From the IMG/VR virus record IMGVR_UViG_3300026288_000005, positions 1 through 50,124 of that record: a DNA stretch of 50,124 bases; one strand, given 5' to 3'. A program made the translations under genes and the position numbers. A model generated the notes under the pieces. The model ran no database searches. It had not been told where the DNA came from and worked only from the letters and a program-made list of their open reading frames with translations. Positions within the stretch are counted from its first letter, which is position 1, and each line of letters begins with the position of its first letter. This DNA is from a virus. Shown piece by piece: positions 36,055-45,812 of this stretch.

Positions 36055-36380
36055 CGTTTCAAATCCTCCACCACCAGAGCGTGCACTGTGTCGCTGCCGT
36101 CCAGATACACCTGGCGCAGCGTGTGCGGCGTTTGCAGGTCCTGCCGCTGCAAGATGTCCGCCGTCACCGGATAGAGCGCCGTGCAGCGCACGCCCGCCAG
36201 ATGCGTCGCCGGTTCGCCGCGCTTGCCCGCCACCATGCCGGGGCTGCGCTTGACGTTGGCGGTTTTGCCCAGGAAGGGGATGGCGGCCCTCAGTCCCGGC
36301 CACGGCCACGCCTCGCAGGAGCGAATCGGGTAGTCCGTCCCGTCAAGGCTCAGCACGTCACCCTCGCGCACGTCTAGCAT
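36051..36380 (-). CDS. head-closure-like protein
   Basis: Position in neck module; GAGG SD. Confidence 0.5.
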   Translation of the reverse strand: MLDVREGDVLSLDGTDYPIRSCEAWPWPGLRAAIPFLGKTANVKRSPGMVAGKRGEPATHLAGVRCTALYPVTADILQRQDLQTPHTLRQVYLDGSDTVHALVVEDLKR

Positions 36381-36787
36381 CGCTCATCTTCCTCGCAGCC
36401 TGTCATTGCGTCACGTGCGAAGGCGGGGCGTACCAGCCCGTCATTCTCCTGCCGCGTCTGTTTGCCGGCCACGGTCAGCCCGCCAGCGTAGGGTGCAGCG
36501 CCGGCGGTTGCCAGTCTGCCGGCCCTGGCGCGCAGATCTTTGGCGAGGTCACGGAACTGCTTGCTTAGCTGGCTGTCAGACGACGACAGGATGCCGGCCC
36601 GCACGTCTACGCGGCTGGCGTAGCGCGCTGCAATGGCGTCCGCACAGCCGGCGGCGGCTTCATACCGATTGCCGCCGTGCTCGTCCAGGAAGAACTGCAC
36701 ATCGTAATCTTCGAGAATCTGCGTTTCGCTGTAGGGGTCGCCACACAGCAAACGCACTGCGTCAATGGCCGCCAAGGTCGCGCTCAC
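36374..36787 (-). CDS. head-tail adaptor
   Basis: VRLLCGD..LEDYDVQFFL..AAA..AIAA pattern. Confidence 0.65.
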   Translation of the reverse strand: MSATLAAIDAVRLLCGDPYSETQILEDYDVQFFLDEHGGNRYEAAAGCADAIAARYASRVDVRAGILSSSDSQLSKQFRDLAKDLRARAGRLATAGAAPYAGGLTVAGKQTRQENDGLVRPAFARDAMTGCEEDERC

Positions 36788-36803
36788 ATCGTCACCTTGC
36801 TCC

Positions 36804-37031
36804 CTAGCTGCTGGCCGTAATGCCAAACGCTTCGAGCGCGGCGATCACGGCGTTCACCTTCGTGCCCAACGCATTCAGCGCCGTCTCGACCTCTGTGTCG
36901 CTGAACGTAGCGTTGAGGGCGTGCTCAGTGGACGCGTCGGTGATGTTGGCCGCCTGCGTTCCAGCCGCCACAGTCTTACCGTCCACGGTCAGACTCTTGG
37001 CGACCGCCACTTTCCTGCGGAACTTGTCCAT
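36804..37031 (-). CDS. small head fibre-like protein
   Basis: AGGAGG SD; QAANITD..KVNAVIAALEAFGI. Confidence 0.55.
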   Translation of the reverse strand: MDKFRRKVAVAKSLTVDGKTVAAGTQAANITDASTEHALNATFSDTEVETALNALGTKVNAVIAALEAFGITASS

Positions 37032-37038
37032 GCGCCTC

Positions 37039-37368
37039 CTATGCCGCCACCTGGTCAAGATAGATGGGGGCCACTTCGTTCAGGAATCGCTCCTCGCGCT
37101 CGGCGCGGGCGTCCTCCTGGTCGGGCGTCAGGTTCAAACGCACGTGCCGTTTCTCGTAGTGCCCCTCGCGCTCGTTGCCGCCCACGAACATAGCGCCGCA
37201 CGCAGCACACTCGTGCAGGTCGTTCTTCTTGCCCTTCCACGCCTCGACATAGCCCCACTTCAGCAGCTTCTCGTCGTTGCGTGCACCGGCCAGTTCAAAC
37301 ACCTGGCCGCGGTCAACATCCTTGCCGTTATAGCCCATAGGCCGGCGTGCTACTACCTGCTGTCCCAT
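37039..37368 (-). CDS. hypothetical head-region protein with C2H2-like motif
   Basis: CAAC-x12-HYEKRH. Confidence 0.6.
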   Translation of the reverse strand: MGQQVVARRPMGYNGKDVDRGQVFELAGARNDEKLLKWGYVEAWKGKKNDLHECAACGAMFVGGNEREGHYEKRHVRLNLTPDQEDARAEREERFLNEVAPIYLDQVAA

Positions 37369-37378
37369 GCCGGCCCCC

Positions 37379-38332
37379 TTACGCCACTGCCGCCGAGGCG
37401 AAGACGCCGGCGGCCGCGCCAGTGACAACCTGGGTGTAGAAGCTGTTGGCCTCGATGATGTCCACCTCGCGCTCCTCATTGCGCATGCGCTTGATGTACA
37501 TGAGGGAGTTGGGCCAGTAATCCCACACGAAGGTGTAGCCGGCCGCGGGCGTGCGCAGACCAGGCGAGGACGGCACGTAGAGCAGCAGGGCGTTCTTGCC
37601 CCAGATGCGCGAGTAGGAGACGCTGCTTTCCGCCGTGCCTTCCGGCGACGTGGTGTAGATGGCGCGGCCCACCAGGATGCGATCCACCTCGAACAACGCC
37701 GCGGCCAGGTCAACCGTCATCTGGCTGCGTTGCGTGTACTTGATGGTGTCGATCAAATCGGGATGCCACTTGAGTTGCAGCCACGCCTGCTTGCCCAGCA
37801 CCAACGTGTTTGGCTCGCGTCCGATGCTCGCCTCTACGGTGTCCATCCAGCCGCTGATGTCGCTCAGCGGGTTGGAGTTGGCGTAGTCTGACCAAACGGT
37901 GAAGTTCGTGCCGCCGACGCGGTCGAGGCCCCACACGCCGGTGGTGAAGAACTTGGCCGCCGCACTCACCTCGCGCTGCATCAAAATCTTGTCGCTGACG
38001 AACTCGGTCGCCTCGCGGTCGAGCGCAAAGTTGTCGTCGGCGTTGGCGCGGTCGGTATCGTAGATTTCGTGCCCGTAGCTGTATCTGTCAGCGTAGTAGG
38101 CCGCATTGCTGTACGTCCAGCCGCCGCGCTGCGAAGCGGTGGCCGGCGCACGCAGCCGGGCTTCGTTGCGGAACCAGTGCGACTTGTCGTAGACGATGTA
38201 CTTATCGCTCTGCTTGCTCACGCGCACGACCGGCAGAATCTGGTCAGCGATATAGGACGGGTTGCCGTAGCCGACGCTGATCTGGGTCAGCATCCGGTCA
38301 ACATGAAGGTCTGTTGCTGTATATTTCGCCAT
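37379..38332 (-). CDS. major capsid protein
   Basis: VDRMLTQISVGY..YIADQILPVVRV..WSD..SNP..PNTLV; position. Confidence 0.85.
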   Translation of the reverse strand: MAKYTATDLHVDRMLTQISVGYGNPSYIADQILPVVRVSKQSDKYIVYDKSHWFRNEARLRAPATASQRGGWTYSNAAYYADRYSYGHEIYDTDRANADDNFALDREATEFVSDKILMQREVSAAAKFFTTGVWGLDRVGGTNFTVWSDYANSNPLSDISGWMDTVEASIGREPNTLVLGKQAWLQLKWHPDLIDTIKYTQRSQMTVDLAAALFEVDRILVGRAIYTTSPEGTAESSVSYSRIWGKNALLLYVPSSPGLRTPAAGYTFVWDYWPNSLMYIKRMRNEEREVDIIEANSFYTQVVTGAAAGVFASAAVA

Positions 38333-38344
38333 AGTTCCCTAGCC

Positions 38345-38740
38345 TTAGCCCGCAGCCGAGCGGAAGAACGTATCGAGGTTGAGGCGCACGCGGATGACCA
38401 CGCCGTCTGCGCTGGACGCATCGTGCGCCACGCCGCAGATGTTGAAGTCCGCCGTCGCCTTCTTGACCATCTTGCCGCCAGAGTCGGGGCCAACGAAGTC
38501 GCCCACGGCAATCGCCGTGCCGGACCCGTCCGAGACGCATTCGCAGATCCCATCCGTCACCACCGTGGCCGCCTGACCCTGCTTGGGCTTGTTGACCAGA
38601 ATGCCTGCAACCTTGTCCGTTGCGGCGGCCACAAGCGCAACCGTGTCGGCGGCGCTCAACTTGACCGCGTAGTACTGCTTGGCGGACAAATCAGCCGCGG
38701 CCTTGGCGCTGTAGGTGTCCAAGTAATTGTGAGTAGCCAT
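38345..38740 (-). CDS. capsid cement/decoration protein (DUF2190-like)
   Basis: AAADLS..GILVNKP..IAVGD..G.A..DGVVIRV. Confidence 0.75.
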   Translation of the reverse strand: MATHNYLDTYSAKAAADLSAKQYYAVKLSAADTVALVAAATDKVAGILVNKPKQGQAATVVTDGICECVSDGSGTAIAVGDFVGPDSGGKMVKKATADFNICGVAHDASSADGVVIRVRLNLDTFFRSAAG

Positions 38741-40077
38741 CAACCTTTGCCCTCCCGCACTTCACGCGTGTACTGCTCGTACAGGTCTGGGTGTTCGCGG
38801 AAGACCCGCGCCATAGCGTCAACCTGCGATGCGCCCTCCTTGACATGGGCGGCGGCCAGGGCGCTGACGCGCTCCAGGACGCTGGAGAAGGCCCCCGGCT
38901 TGTCCGTGCCCTTTTCCTTGAACAGTGCCGACTGGCGCAACTGCTCGGCCAGAGCGTTCTGCGTTTGCACGTAGAACTGGAAGGATTCGCCGGCCTCGCC
39001 GTCGAGTTGCGCCAGCTTTTCAAGCATGTCCACATGCTTGGCCGTCTCGCCATGCCAGCCGGCTGCCAGTTGGCCGAACCGCTCGCGCATGGCAGCGTTC
39101 TCCATCTTGGCGATGCGTTCGTTGGCCTGCGCCAGTCGCGCGGCGAGTTCGCTCTCGCGCTCGCCGCGGGCGGCATTGTCAGCCTGCAACGCCGCAAGCT
39201 GCGCCTGGAGGTCATCCAGCCGCCCGCCGTCCTCCGTCTCCCCCGCCTGCGCTGTGATGTAGGGCCCGCTTAGCAGGGTGAAGCCTGCGGTCGTAGTCGC
39301 TGCGCCGCCGGTGACACCTGACGTCTTTTCCTCTGCCATCTGCTGAAACTCCTGTAGATTGACTCCTCGCGCCCCAAAATAGGCCAGCGCAAATTCAAAG
39401 GCTCGTTGCGGCGTCACGCCTGCGCCGCTCAGGTATTCGTCTATGTCATCGAACGCTTCTTGGGAGAGGCTGTTCGTTGCCCACAAATGCTTCGCCGCAA
39501 ACAGGCCGTCGCGGTTGGCCGCCGGCTCGTCTACGGCGTCCACGGCGATAAGCTGCCTGATGCGCACCACCGGCTTTTCGGTGGTCGCGTTCTCCGGTCG
39601 TTCACGGCGCCGGCCCTCGTCGTCACGCGTTTCCACTTCGGAGCCGTCGCTGAGCGGCCACACACCCTGCGCCTTGATGACGACGCTCATGCCGAACATG
39701 TCGGGGTCGTTGTCCGCCATGTCCATCACGTAAGTGCCCAGGTCGCCGTCCGGCGACTTGAACGCGCTGTCGGCAATGTGCAGGTCCGCCACGGCCTTGC
39801 CGCCTTCCTCGCGGAAGCTGCGCAGCCGGCCCAGATACTTGCCCATGCCGTCGGATGACAAGCCGGGGTGCGTGAAGCGGCTTTTGACGCCGTTGCGCGC
39901 CGCGTTGCCGTGCTCGATAATCTGCCCGATGGTCTTGCTGTCCAGGATCATGTTGTGGCCCAGCGCCTCGACTGGCTGCGCCGCCGAAACTCCGTAGACG
40001 ATGTGTGCGTCACGGTCAACCCTGCTTACTGGTTGGCCGCGTAACGGGGTGGCCCTCAGCCTGTACTCTTCGCTCAT
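38740..40077 (-). CDS. prohead protease-scaffold fusion
   Basis: RFTH, FGMS, DAVDEPAAN in N-terminal half; coiled-coil C-terminal half. Confidence 0.75.
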   Translation of the reverse strand: MSEEYRLRATPLRGQPVSRVDRDAHIVYGVSAAQPVEALGHNMILDSKTIGQIIEHGNAARNGVKSRFTHPGLSSDGMGKYLGRLRSFREEGGKAVADLHIADSAFKSPDGDLGTYVMDMADNDPDMFGMSVVIKAQGVWPLSDGSEVETRDDEGRRRERPENATTEKPVVRIRQLIAVDAVDEPAANRDGLFAAKHLWATNSLSQEAFDDIDEYLSGAGVTPQRAFEFALAYFGARGVNLQEFQQMAEEKTSGVTGGAATTTAGFTLLSGPYITAQAGETEDGGRLDDLQAQLAALQADNAARGERESELAARLAQANERIAKMENAAMRERFGQLAAGWHGETAKHVDMLEKLAQLDGEAGESFQFYVQTQNALAEQLRQSALFKEKGTDKPGAFSSVLERVSALAAAHVKEGASQVDAMARVFREHPDLYEQYTREVREGKG

Positions 40078-40087
40078 GCGCCAAAAC

Positions 40088-40241
40088 TCCAGGAAACAAA
40101 AAACGGCGCTGACCGCATCTCCTCGAAAGGAGATGCAGCCAGCGCCGTGTGTCTGCGTTTCACGTCGCGTTGCCGGTTATGGTCTGCCGGCCTGCGTTGT
40201 TCAGTTGGTTACATCATAAGGCAAAGGCAAGGGGATGTCAA
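40088..40241 (-). promoter_or_regulatory. promoter-structured leader-terminator unit, copy B
   Basis: TTGACA-17-TATGAT; leader with 21-bp UUCG-capped hairpin and U-tract just before the protease start. Confidence 0.8.
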
Positions 40242-40244
40242 GGA

Positions 40245-40460
40245 CTAGCCGAAACGCTCAACTTCGCCTTTGCGCTCGATTGTGCCCAGCAAGAAGCCCT
40301 CGCGTTCGTCAATCGCCAGCGAGATCGTGTACATACCCGGCCCCAGGCCCAGCAAGCGCAGCATGAGTTTTTCCCAGGCCAATTGCCGGCGGCTTTTGGT
40401 CACACCCTGTGCTCTTGTCACCGCCGTCCCCGCTATCGCCGCCTCACCCTGTTCAATCAT
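40245..40460 (-). CDS. hypothetical protein
   Basis: ATGA overlap, GAGG SD. Confidence 0.55.
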   Translation of the reverse strand: MIEQGEAAIAGTAVTRAQGVTKSRRQLAWEKLMLRLLGLGPGMYTISLAIDEREGFLLGTIERKGEVERFG

Positions 40461-41122
40461 CGCCGCCTCGTTCCCAGCCAGTCGCCCAACTCCGCCTGCG
40501 CCACCTCACGATGCTGCATCGTGCAGCGGCAGTGCGTCGTGCATTCGCTGCCCTCACCCGGCGGCGGCAGTTCGCCTTCCACGCACCAGCCTCGTTCATG
40601 GTAATCGACGCAATCTGCGCAGTGCTCCGCCACGCCCAGCGAACGCAGCGAGATCGAAACCATCCCCTGCCCGGCCTGCCGTCCCTGCCGCTCACCCTCC
40701 CAGAACTGCACGCGGGCGTTACCGACGTAACCGTTGACGCGGTTCAGGGCCTGCGGAAGTGTGACCTTGCCAGCCTGGATGTCTGTCGCCAGCCGCTGCA
40801 CGCGGGCATAGTCGGCGCGCAGCCGGCCCCCTACCGCTCCCCAATCCCGCTGCGTCATGCGGTCCCAACCGCCTACGCCCAGGGCGCGGTTCTGGCTGTG
40901 CAGCCGGCGCAGTTCGCTTTGCATCTGGTCGGCCCACACGCCCGAAGCGATCCGTCCCTCGTGCATGGCCGTCGTCAACTCGCCCAGGCGCGCGTTGGCG
41001 CTCGACACCTGGCCATCGAGCAAGCCGAGCACATCGCGGCGCGCTACGAAGCGCCCGGTCGAAGCGTTGCGGTAGCGCCCAGTGCTGGCATTGTAGAGAA
41101 AACCGGGGAGGACGTCGCTCAA
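40457..41122 (-). CDS. MuF-like minor head protein
   Basis: HCADC..PPPG..CTTHCRC C-terminus; near portal. Confidence 0.7.
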   Translation of the reverse strand: MSDVLPGFLYNASTGRYRNASTGRFVARRDVLGLLDGQVSSANARLGELTTAMHEGRIASGVWADQMQSELRRLHSQNRALGVGGWDRMTQRDWGAVGGRLRADYARVQRLATDIQAGKVTLPQALNRVNGYVGNARVQFWEGERQGRQAGQGMVSISLRSLGVAEHCADCVDYHERGWCVEGELPPPGEGSECTTHCRCTMQHREVAQAELGDWLGTRRR

Positions 41123-41316
41123 AGCTCCGTCACCTCGTAATCACTCAGCAGCCGTTCGACTGCCTGCCGGATTTGCTCAGTGTCTTCCGGTTTCAACCAG
41201 ACGCCCTGCCCGTTGACCGTAATCTCGATCGGCTTATCACTACGAATCTGCACCAAGGCGTCACGCACCGATAGACGGGCCGGGTGGATCTCGCCGGTTA
41301 ATGGGTGCTCACTCAT
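41119..41316 (-). CDS. hypothetical protein
   Basis: GAGGAG SD, overlaps at both ends. Confidence 0.5.
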   Translation of the reverse strand: MSEHPLTGEIHPARLSVRDALVQIRSDKPIEITVNGQGVWLKPEDTEQIRQAVERLLSDYEVTEL

Positions 41317-41599
41317 TCGTCTTCTCCTCTCGCGCATCCAACAGCCTCTTGTACTTCCCTGGCACGCTTTCGCTCGCATACCAGGCCGCCCGCGCCTCCT
41401 GCACGTTCTCCGGTGCAGAGGGCTCGTGATAGAGCATTTCAGCCGGCGGTATCCACGTGTTGGGATCGGCGTCCTCCGGCATGTTGTCCAGCACGAACTG
41501 CACGCTGCGCTGCGCGTCGGGGAGGTCTATCCCTAAGTCCAGCAGCACGGCGATCTGCTGGTCGGCCCACTTGCGGTGTTTTGCCTGGTCAGTCGCCAT
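41309..41599 (-). CDS. hypothetical protein
   Basis: Overlaps portal end; G-rich SD. Confidence 0.55.
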   Translation of the reverse strand: MATDQAKHRKWADQQIAVLLDLGIDLPDAQRSVQFVLDNMPEDADPNTWIPPAEMLYHEPSAPENVQEARAAWYASESVPGKYKRLLDAREEKTNE

Positions 41600-43034
41600 A
41601 TGTCCCCCTGAGTAGAATGCGCTGCGCAGCGTCGAACATGGCCGCCATTTCTCGGGCATCAGGCCGCGCGGCTTGTTCCTGTTCTTCGTCCTCATCCTCG
41701 CCATCCTGCGCCGGCTGCATCTGTTCCTGTACCTGCCGGCGGCGCTCTTCTTCTTGCTCGCGGCGCTCCATGTCCTCGTCGCTGAGCGGGGGCAGCCCCA
41801 CGTCGCCGCGCAGCTTGTTCTCCAGTTCCGGCGAGGGGAAGAAGCCCATGCCGGCAGCCGCCATGCTGCCAACGAACTGGATCACGGTATCCATGTCCAC
41901 GCTGCCCACGGCGCCGAACTGGACACGCGGCGCAACCTGCACGTCCATGCCGTTGAGACGCAGCAGACGCGGGATTGCGTGCGTGTTGATGACGCCGGCG
42001 ATGCTCTCCAGCCAGGCTTCGAGCGCCGATTTGAACATGCTCGACTTTGTGGCGCTCAAGGCGTAGCTGCCCACCGCTTCATGGCCGAGCATGATGAAGT
42101 CGGCCAGCACCGTCATGGCGATGCGCCGCTCGTAACGCTGGATGATGGCCGATGTGTCAAAGTTGCGCTCCCCGCCGCTGGAAAGCAACTGTAGTTGGTA
42201 CAGTTCATGGCCTGCCTCATCGTAGACCAATGGCCAGATTACGCCCTCCTGCTCGTCACGGCGGATGTTGGTGACGATCTCCTTGATCGACGCCAACTGC
42301 ATCCGTTCGCTGTCCGTGGCGGCGTTCAGCACGGACGGAGGGACCTTGGCGACGGGCAGGCCGGCCAGGTCGCGTTCGACGCCAATGCCCTCGATGCTTT
42401 CGATGTTGCGCTTGAACCACCAGGCGCGGTACGAGGTGCGCAGGACGCTGCGCCCCTCCGGGTTGCCCTTGCGCGGACTCGTGCGGAAGAGCATCGCCTT
42501 TTCGATGGGAATCAGTATCTCCTTACCGCCGTCCAGCCGCTGCCACATGCCCTGAATGCCGCCGGATTCGTCAAATTGCCAGCGGTCGCGCGTCTCCTGG
42601 CCGCGAATGCTCCACTTGCGCCAGCCCACGCGCCCGTCACCATACTTGCTGCGCTGTTCAGGGTCGTCCACGTCGCCGCCGCGCCGCTTGTAGACGATCT
42701 CCATGTAGGCCCAGCCGTAGGGCAGCATGGTCAGGATTTCAGCCAGGATATCCCGCCAGTCGAGGGACATATCACCGAGGCACTCCTCGACAAACTGCGC
42801 CGCCGCCCGCGCCCCTTGCGAATCGTCCGCCTGCTGCACGTTGATGGGCACACGGCGCAGCAGCATTTCGATGGCGAAGAGGATCGCCCCTACCGTGGGG
42901 TCGTTGCACATCTCGCGCACAGTGGACAACCAGCGGTCGCCGGCCAGCTCGCGCAGGTACTCGTCGCGCACGACGCCGCCCTCGCGCCGGAGGCCGGTGA
43001 CGCCCATTTCTGTGAAGATTGCTTTTTCCGCCAT
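41589..43034 (-). CDS. portal protein (DUF935/Mu gp29-like)
   Basis: YGWAYMEIVY, NPEGRSVLR..Y..W.FK, ERDLAGLP, GSYALS; follows TerL. Confidence 0.88.
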   Translation of the reverse strand: MAEKAIFTEMGVTGLRREGGVVRDEYLRELAGDRWLSTVREMCNDPTVGAILFAIEMLLRRVPINVQQADDSQGARAAAQFVEECLGDMSLDWRDILAEILTMLPYGWAYMEIVYKRRGGDVDDPEQRSKYGDGRVGWRKWSIRGQETRDRWQFDESGGIQGMWQRLDGGKEILIPIEKAMLFRTSPRKGNPEGRSVLRTSYRAWWFKRNIESIEGIGVERDLAGLPVAKVPPSVLNAATDSERMQLASIKEIVTNIRRDEQEGVIWPLVYDEAGHELYQLQLLSSGGERNFDTSAIIQRYERRIAMTVLADFIMLGHEAVGSYALSATKSSMFKSALEAWLESIAGVINTHAIPRLLRLNGMDVQVAPRVQFGAVGSVDMDTVIQFVGSMAAAGMGFFPSPELENKLRGDVGLPPLSDEDMERREQEEERRRQVQEQMQPAQDGEDEDEEQEQAARPDAREMAAMFDAAQRILLRGTYGD

Positions 43035-43036
43035 GC

Positions 43037-44551
43037 CTACCACCTGCTCTGTTTGGTTATGCTGCCGAATGTGACGCCCTGCGTGCTTGCGCCGCTATCT
43101 ACGTACATTACAGCGTAGCGGGCGCAGTCCATACCGTGATCGTTTTCTTTGACCGGCTCCTCTTTGGCGGGACGTCCATCGCCGGGCTGCTGCCAAACGT
43201 AGGAGGGAAATTCACCCTCTGTACACGTGGGCTTATACGCCTCTTTCAGCGCAATGTCTTCCTCGACAAGCGAATCGAGCATCAGGAACAAGCGCGGCTT
43301 GCCGTCGCCAGTCACTGCCAACCTGTCCTGCATCTTCTCGATGCCCACCTTGACGCGCTTGTCCGCCGCCTTGGTCGCAATGCCGGGCAGGGTAATGTTG
43401 CCGGCCTTGTCCTTGCCGAAGCCAGCCCACTCCAGGGCAAGAGTGACCGCGCCCGCATCACTGTCGGTCTTCTGCGTTGCCTTTTGCCATGCGCCCAAGG
43501 CGGCCAGCGTCAACCGCTCGACCAGGGCCGGATCGCTGACGATTGTCCGTTCGGCCAGACTCGCCCGGTCTTCCGCGTCATGGTCCGCTATCGTCGCTTC
43601 ATACGTCTCGCCGAGGCTGTGGATGCAAATGTCCACCTTATGCCGCGCCACTGTGCGCCCGCTCATGTACAGCTCGCGGTAACGGTGCATGCGGCCATCG
43701 TGGTCAATGGCCCACCACTGGCAGACGAACGGATTCTTGTAGCCAAAGTCTATCACCCTGATTTTGCGCCAAGATGGAGGGATAGCAAAGCGGTTGATGA
43801 CATGTATCATGTTATCCCACTTTTCGTACACCTGCCCCTCTGCGCCGGCCCACAAGCCCAGCCGCCCCCGTTGGTAACGCACGCCGGTCAGGGCGTCGAG
43901 CGTCCCCATTGTGCGCCGCCCACGTTCCGTGATCTCCCCCGTCGTCTGGTCGAAGAGCGTCGGGTTGTCCTCGTGCCGGCTCTTGAACCGCTTCAGGCGC
44001 GCCCGCTTCAAAATCCAGTGCTCAGGAGTGTCAGGATTGCAGTCCCCCATGACTTGCGGGTACGGCGCGTTGCCGGCGCGGCCCGTAGCGCGGCCGGCCA
44101 GCTTTTCGTAGTCATCGAGGCGTATCTCTTCCATCTGGTTGATGTAGATGTAATCGTATTCCGCCGAGAGAAACTTGTTGGGGTTGTCCAGCCCCCCCAA
44201 CACCAGGACGCTGCCATTAGGGTAGTGGTACTCAGACGGTTGACTGCCGCCCATCTTGACGACTCCCGACTTGCGGTGATCGGGCGGGTAGGGCAGCACC
44301 TTCTGCTCGTAGGTTACCAGCGCGGACCCCTTGAGCGAAGCGTATGACCGGCGCACCATCAGCCCCCGGCAGTTGGGGTACTTTGCCAGTAGCGTGTGCA
44401 ACTTATTCAGTGCCGCCAGGGTCTTGCCGGTCTCGTATGCGCCTTCGAGCAAGATTTCCGGCTCCTTGCACAGCCAGAAGTCGAGCGCAGCGCCGTACCC
44501 CCGGTAGCCGACGGCACTCTCTGGCGGCGCCTCAACAATGACGAAACTCAC
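43037..44551 (-). CDS. terL: terminase large subunit
   Basis: GAYETGKT Walker A, YIYINQMEE, CNP, IDFGYKNP, NDHGMDCARY. Confidence 0.92.
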   Translation of the reverse strand: MSFVIVEAPPESAVGYRGYGAALDFWLCKEPEILLEGAYETGKTLAALNKLHTLLAKYPNCRGLMVRRSYASLKGSALVTYEQKVLPYPPDHRKSGVVKMGGSQPSEYHYPNGSVLVLGGLDNPNKFLSAEYDYIYINQMEEIRLDDYEKLAGRATGRAGNAPYPQVMGDCNPDTPEHWILKRARLKRFKSRHEDNPTLFDQTTGEITERGRRTMGTLDALTGVRYQRGRLGLWAGAEGQVYEKWDNMIHVINRFAIPPSWRKIRVIDFGYKNPFVCQWWAIDHDGRMHRYRELYMSGRTVARHKVDICIHSLGETYEATIADHDAEDRASLAERTIVSDPALVERLTLAALGAWQKATQKTDSDAGAVTLALEWAGFGKDKAGNITLPGIATKAADKRVKVGIEKMQDRLAVTGDGKPRLFLMLDSLVEEDIALKEAYKPTCTEGEFPSYVWQQPGDGRPAKEEPVKENDHGMDCARYAVMYVDSGASTQGVTFGSITKQSRW

Positions 44552-45072
44552 AGCGCATCCACCGGCATTTTAACTACCGCGATCGCTACCGGCCCGCCGT
44601 CCTCCCCGGTCAGTTCCCGCCGCTCGACAAACATCTTGTGAATCTTCCCCACCTGTACGAGCGCCGCCTGCCGGTCGTAGAGTTCGATGGTCGTGCTGAC
44701 CGTGACCTCGGTGTCATCCTCGCCGCGGGTGCGCGTGGTGCGGGTCTGGCTAAGCTTCTTGATAAGGCCCGTCTTCTTGGCGGCGATCGCTTTGGGCAAA
44801 TCGACCGTCACCGCGTCGCCCTCCTGGGTGAGAAAGTCGCCTATGTCGCTGCGCGCCTGCTCGGTCAGGGCGACTTGGACTTCCTCCGGCGCCATGATGT
44901 GCTTGGCCTTGAATGCTTCGATTCCTGCCGAAATCTCAACATTCTTCAACAGCCGCCCACCCTGCGATCCGGCGGTGAGCGCGGAATAACCAGCGCGGCG
45001 AGCGGCCTCGCTGGCGTTCCAGCACTCCAAATATGCAGCTAAGAAGACCTGCTGCTTAGCTGTCAGCGCCAC
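44548..45072 (-). CDS. terS: terminase small subunit
   Basis: LTAKQQVF..NASEAARRAGYS..RLL..ELTGEDGGPV. Confidence 0.9.
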   Translation of the reverse strand: MALTAKQQVFLAAYLECWNASEAARRAGYSALTAGSQGGRLLKNVEISAGIEAFKAKHIMAPEEVQVALTEQARSDIGDFLTQEGDAVTVDLPKAIAAKKTGLIKKLSQTRTTRTRGEDDTEVTVSTTIELYDRQAALVQVGKIHKMFVERRELTGEDGGPVAIAVVKMPVDAL

Positions 45073-45087
45073 AGCGCCATCCCTCCC

Positions 45088-45786
45088 CTACTCCCCGCCG
45101 GCCTCGCGCCGCGCCAGCCGTTCGAGCACCTTGACGCGTCGCTGCTCATACTCCGGCGTGCCTATGTCCAGCTTGGGCGGCTCACCCTCCGCCGTCTCGA
45201 CGCCCTCCAGAAACGGCCCGGCGTTCAGTTCGCCCTTGACTACAGGACCGTCTGCCCCCGGTATGATGCCTGCCAGGGCGCGTCCGGCGGCAAGCGCCGC
45301 GTCCCGGTTGACGGCGTACAGGACGTTGATGACCATGCCCAGCGCCATCTCCAGCCGCATCACACGCGCCGGCAGCGACTCGCCTTCCAGCGCCTCCAAG
45401 CGGGCGTCAACCGCCGCCGGCCAGGGCGTCAAGGTGTAGCGAATCGCGCCGGGCGGGTCGATGGCCTGGGTCACTGCCCCGTTGCCGCCGAACGACGCAG
45501 CCGACAGCAATCCGCAGCCAACAATGCGGCCACCCGCAGCGCCTTCCATTACGACGCCATCCGCCTCAATTCGGTCGGCGTGAAACTCTGCGGGCGCAGT
45601 CCACTCAGGCAGTGGTGCGCTCTGCGTCTGCGCCGGGATGCCGATAGGCTGGCGTTGCGGCTTGTATACGCGGCTTCCATCCAGGGTATGGCGCGCCGCG
45701 ACGCCCCCCTCCCCATGCGCAAACGTGTAGTCATCCCCGTCCGGCGAGCGCCGCGCCACGGCGCGCACCGGCTCCAGATCGAGCAT
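45088..45786 (-). CDS. hypothetical protein
   Basis: Long ORF directly upstream of terS; start uncertain. Confidence 0.5.
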   Translation of the reverse strand: MLDLEPVRAVARRSPDGDDYTFAHGEGGVAARHTLDGSRVYKPQRQPIGIPAQTQSAPLPEWTAPAEFHADRIEADGVVMEGAAGGRIVGCGLLSAASFGGNGAVTQAIDPPGAIRYTLTPWPAAVDARLEALEGESLPARVMRLEMALGMVINVLYAVNRDAALAAGRALAGIIPGADGPVVKGELNAGPFLEGVETAEGEPPKLDIGTPEYEQRRVKVLERLARREAGGE

Positions 45787-45812
45787 GGTGTCTTCCAGGC
45801 TGAACCGTCCTG

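Noticed and set aside
43388..43550. Intein in TerL
   Set aside because: Too short and lacks C/S..HN splice-junction residues
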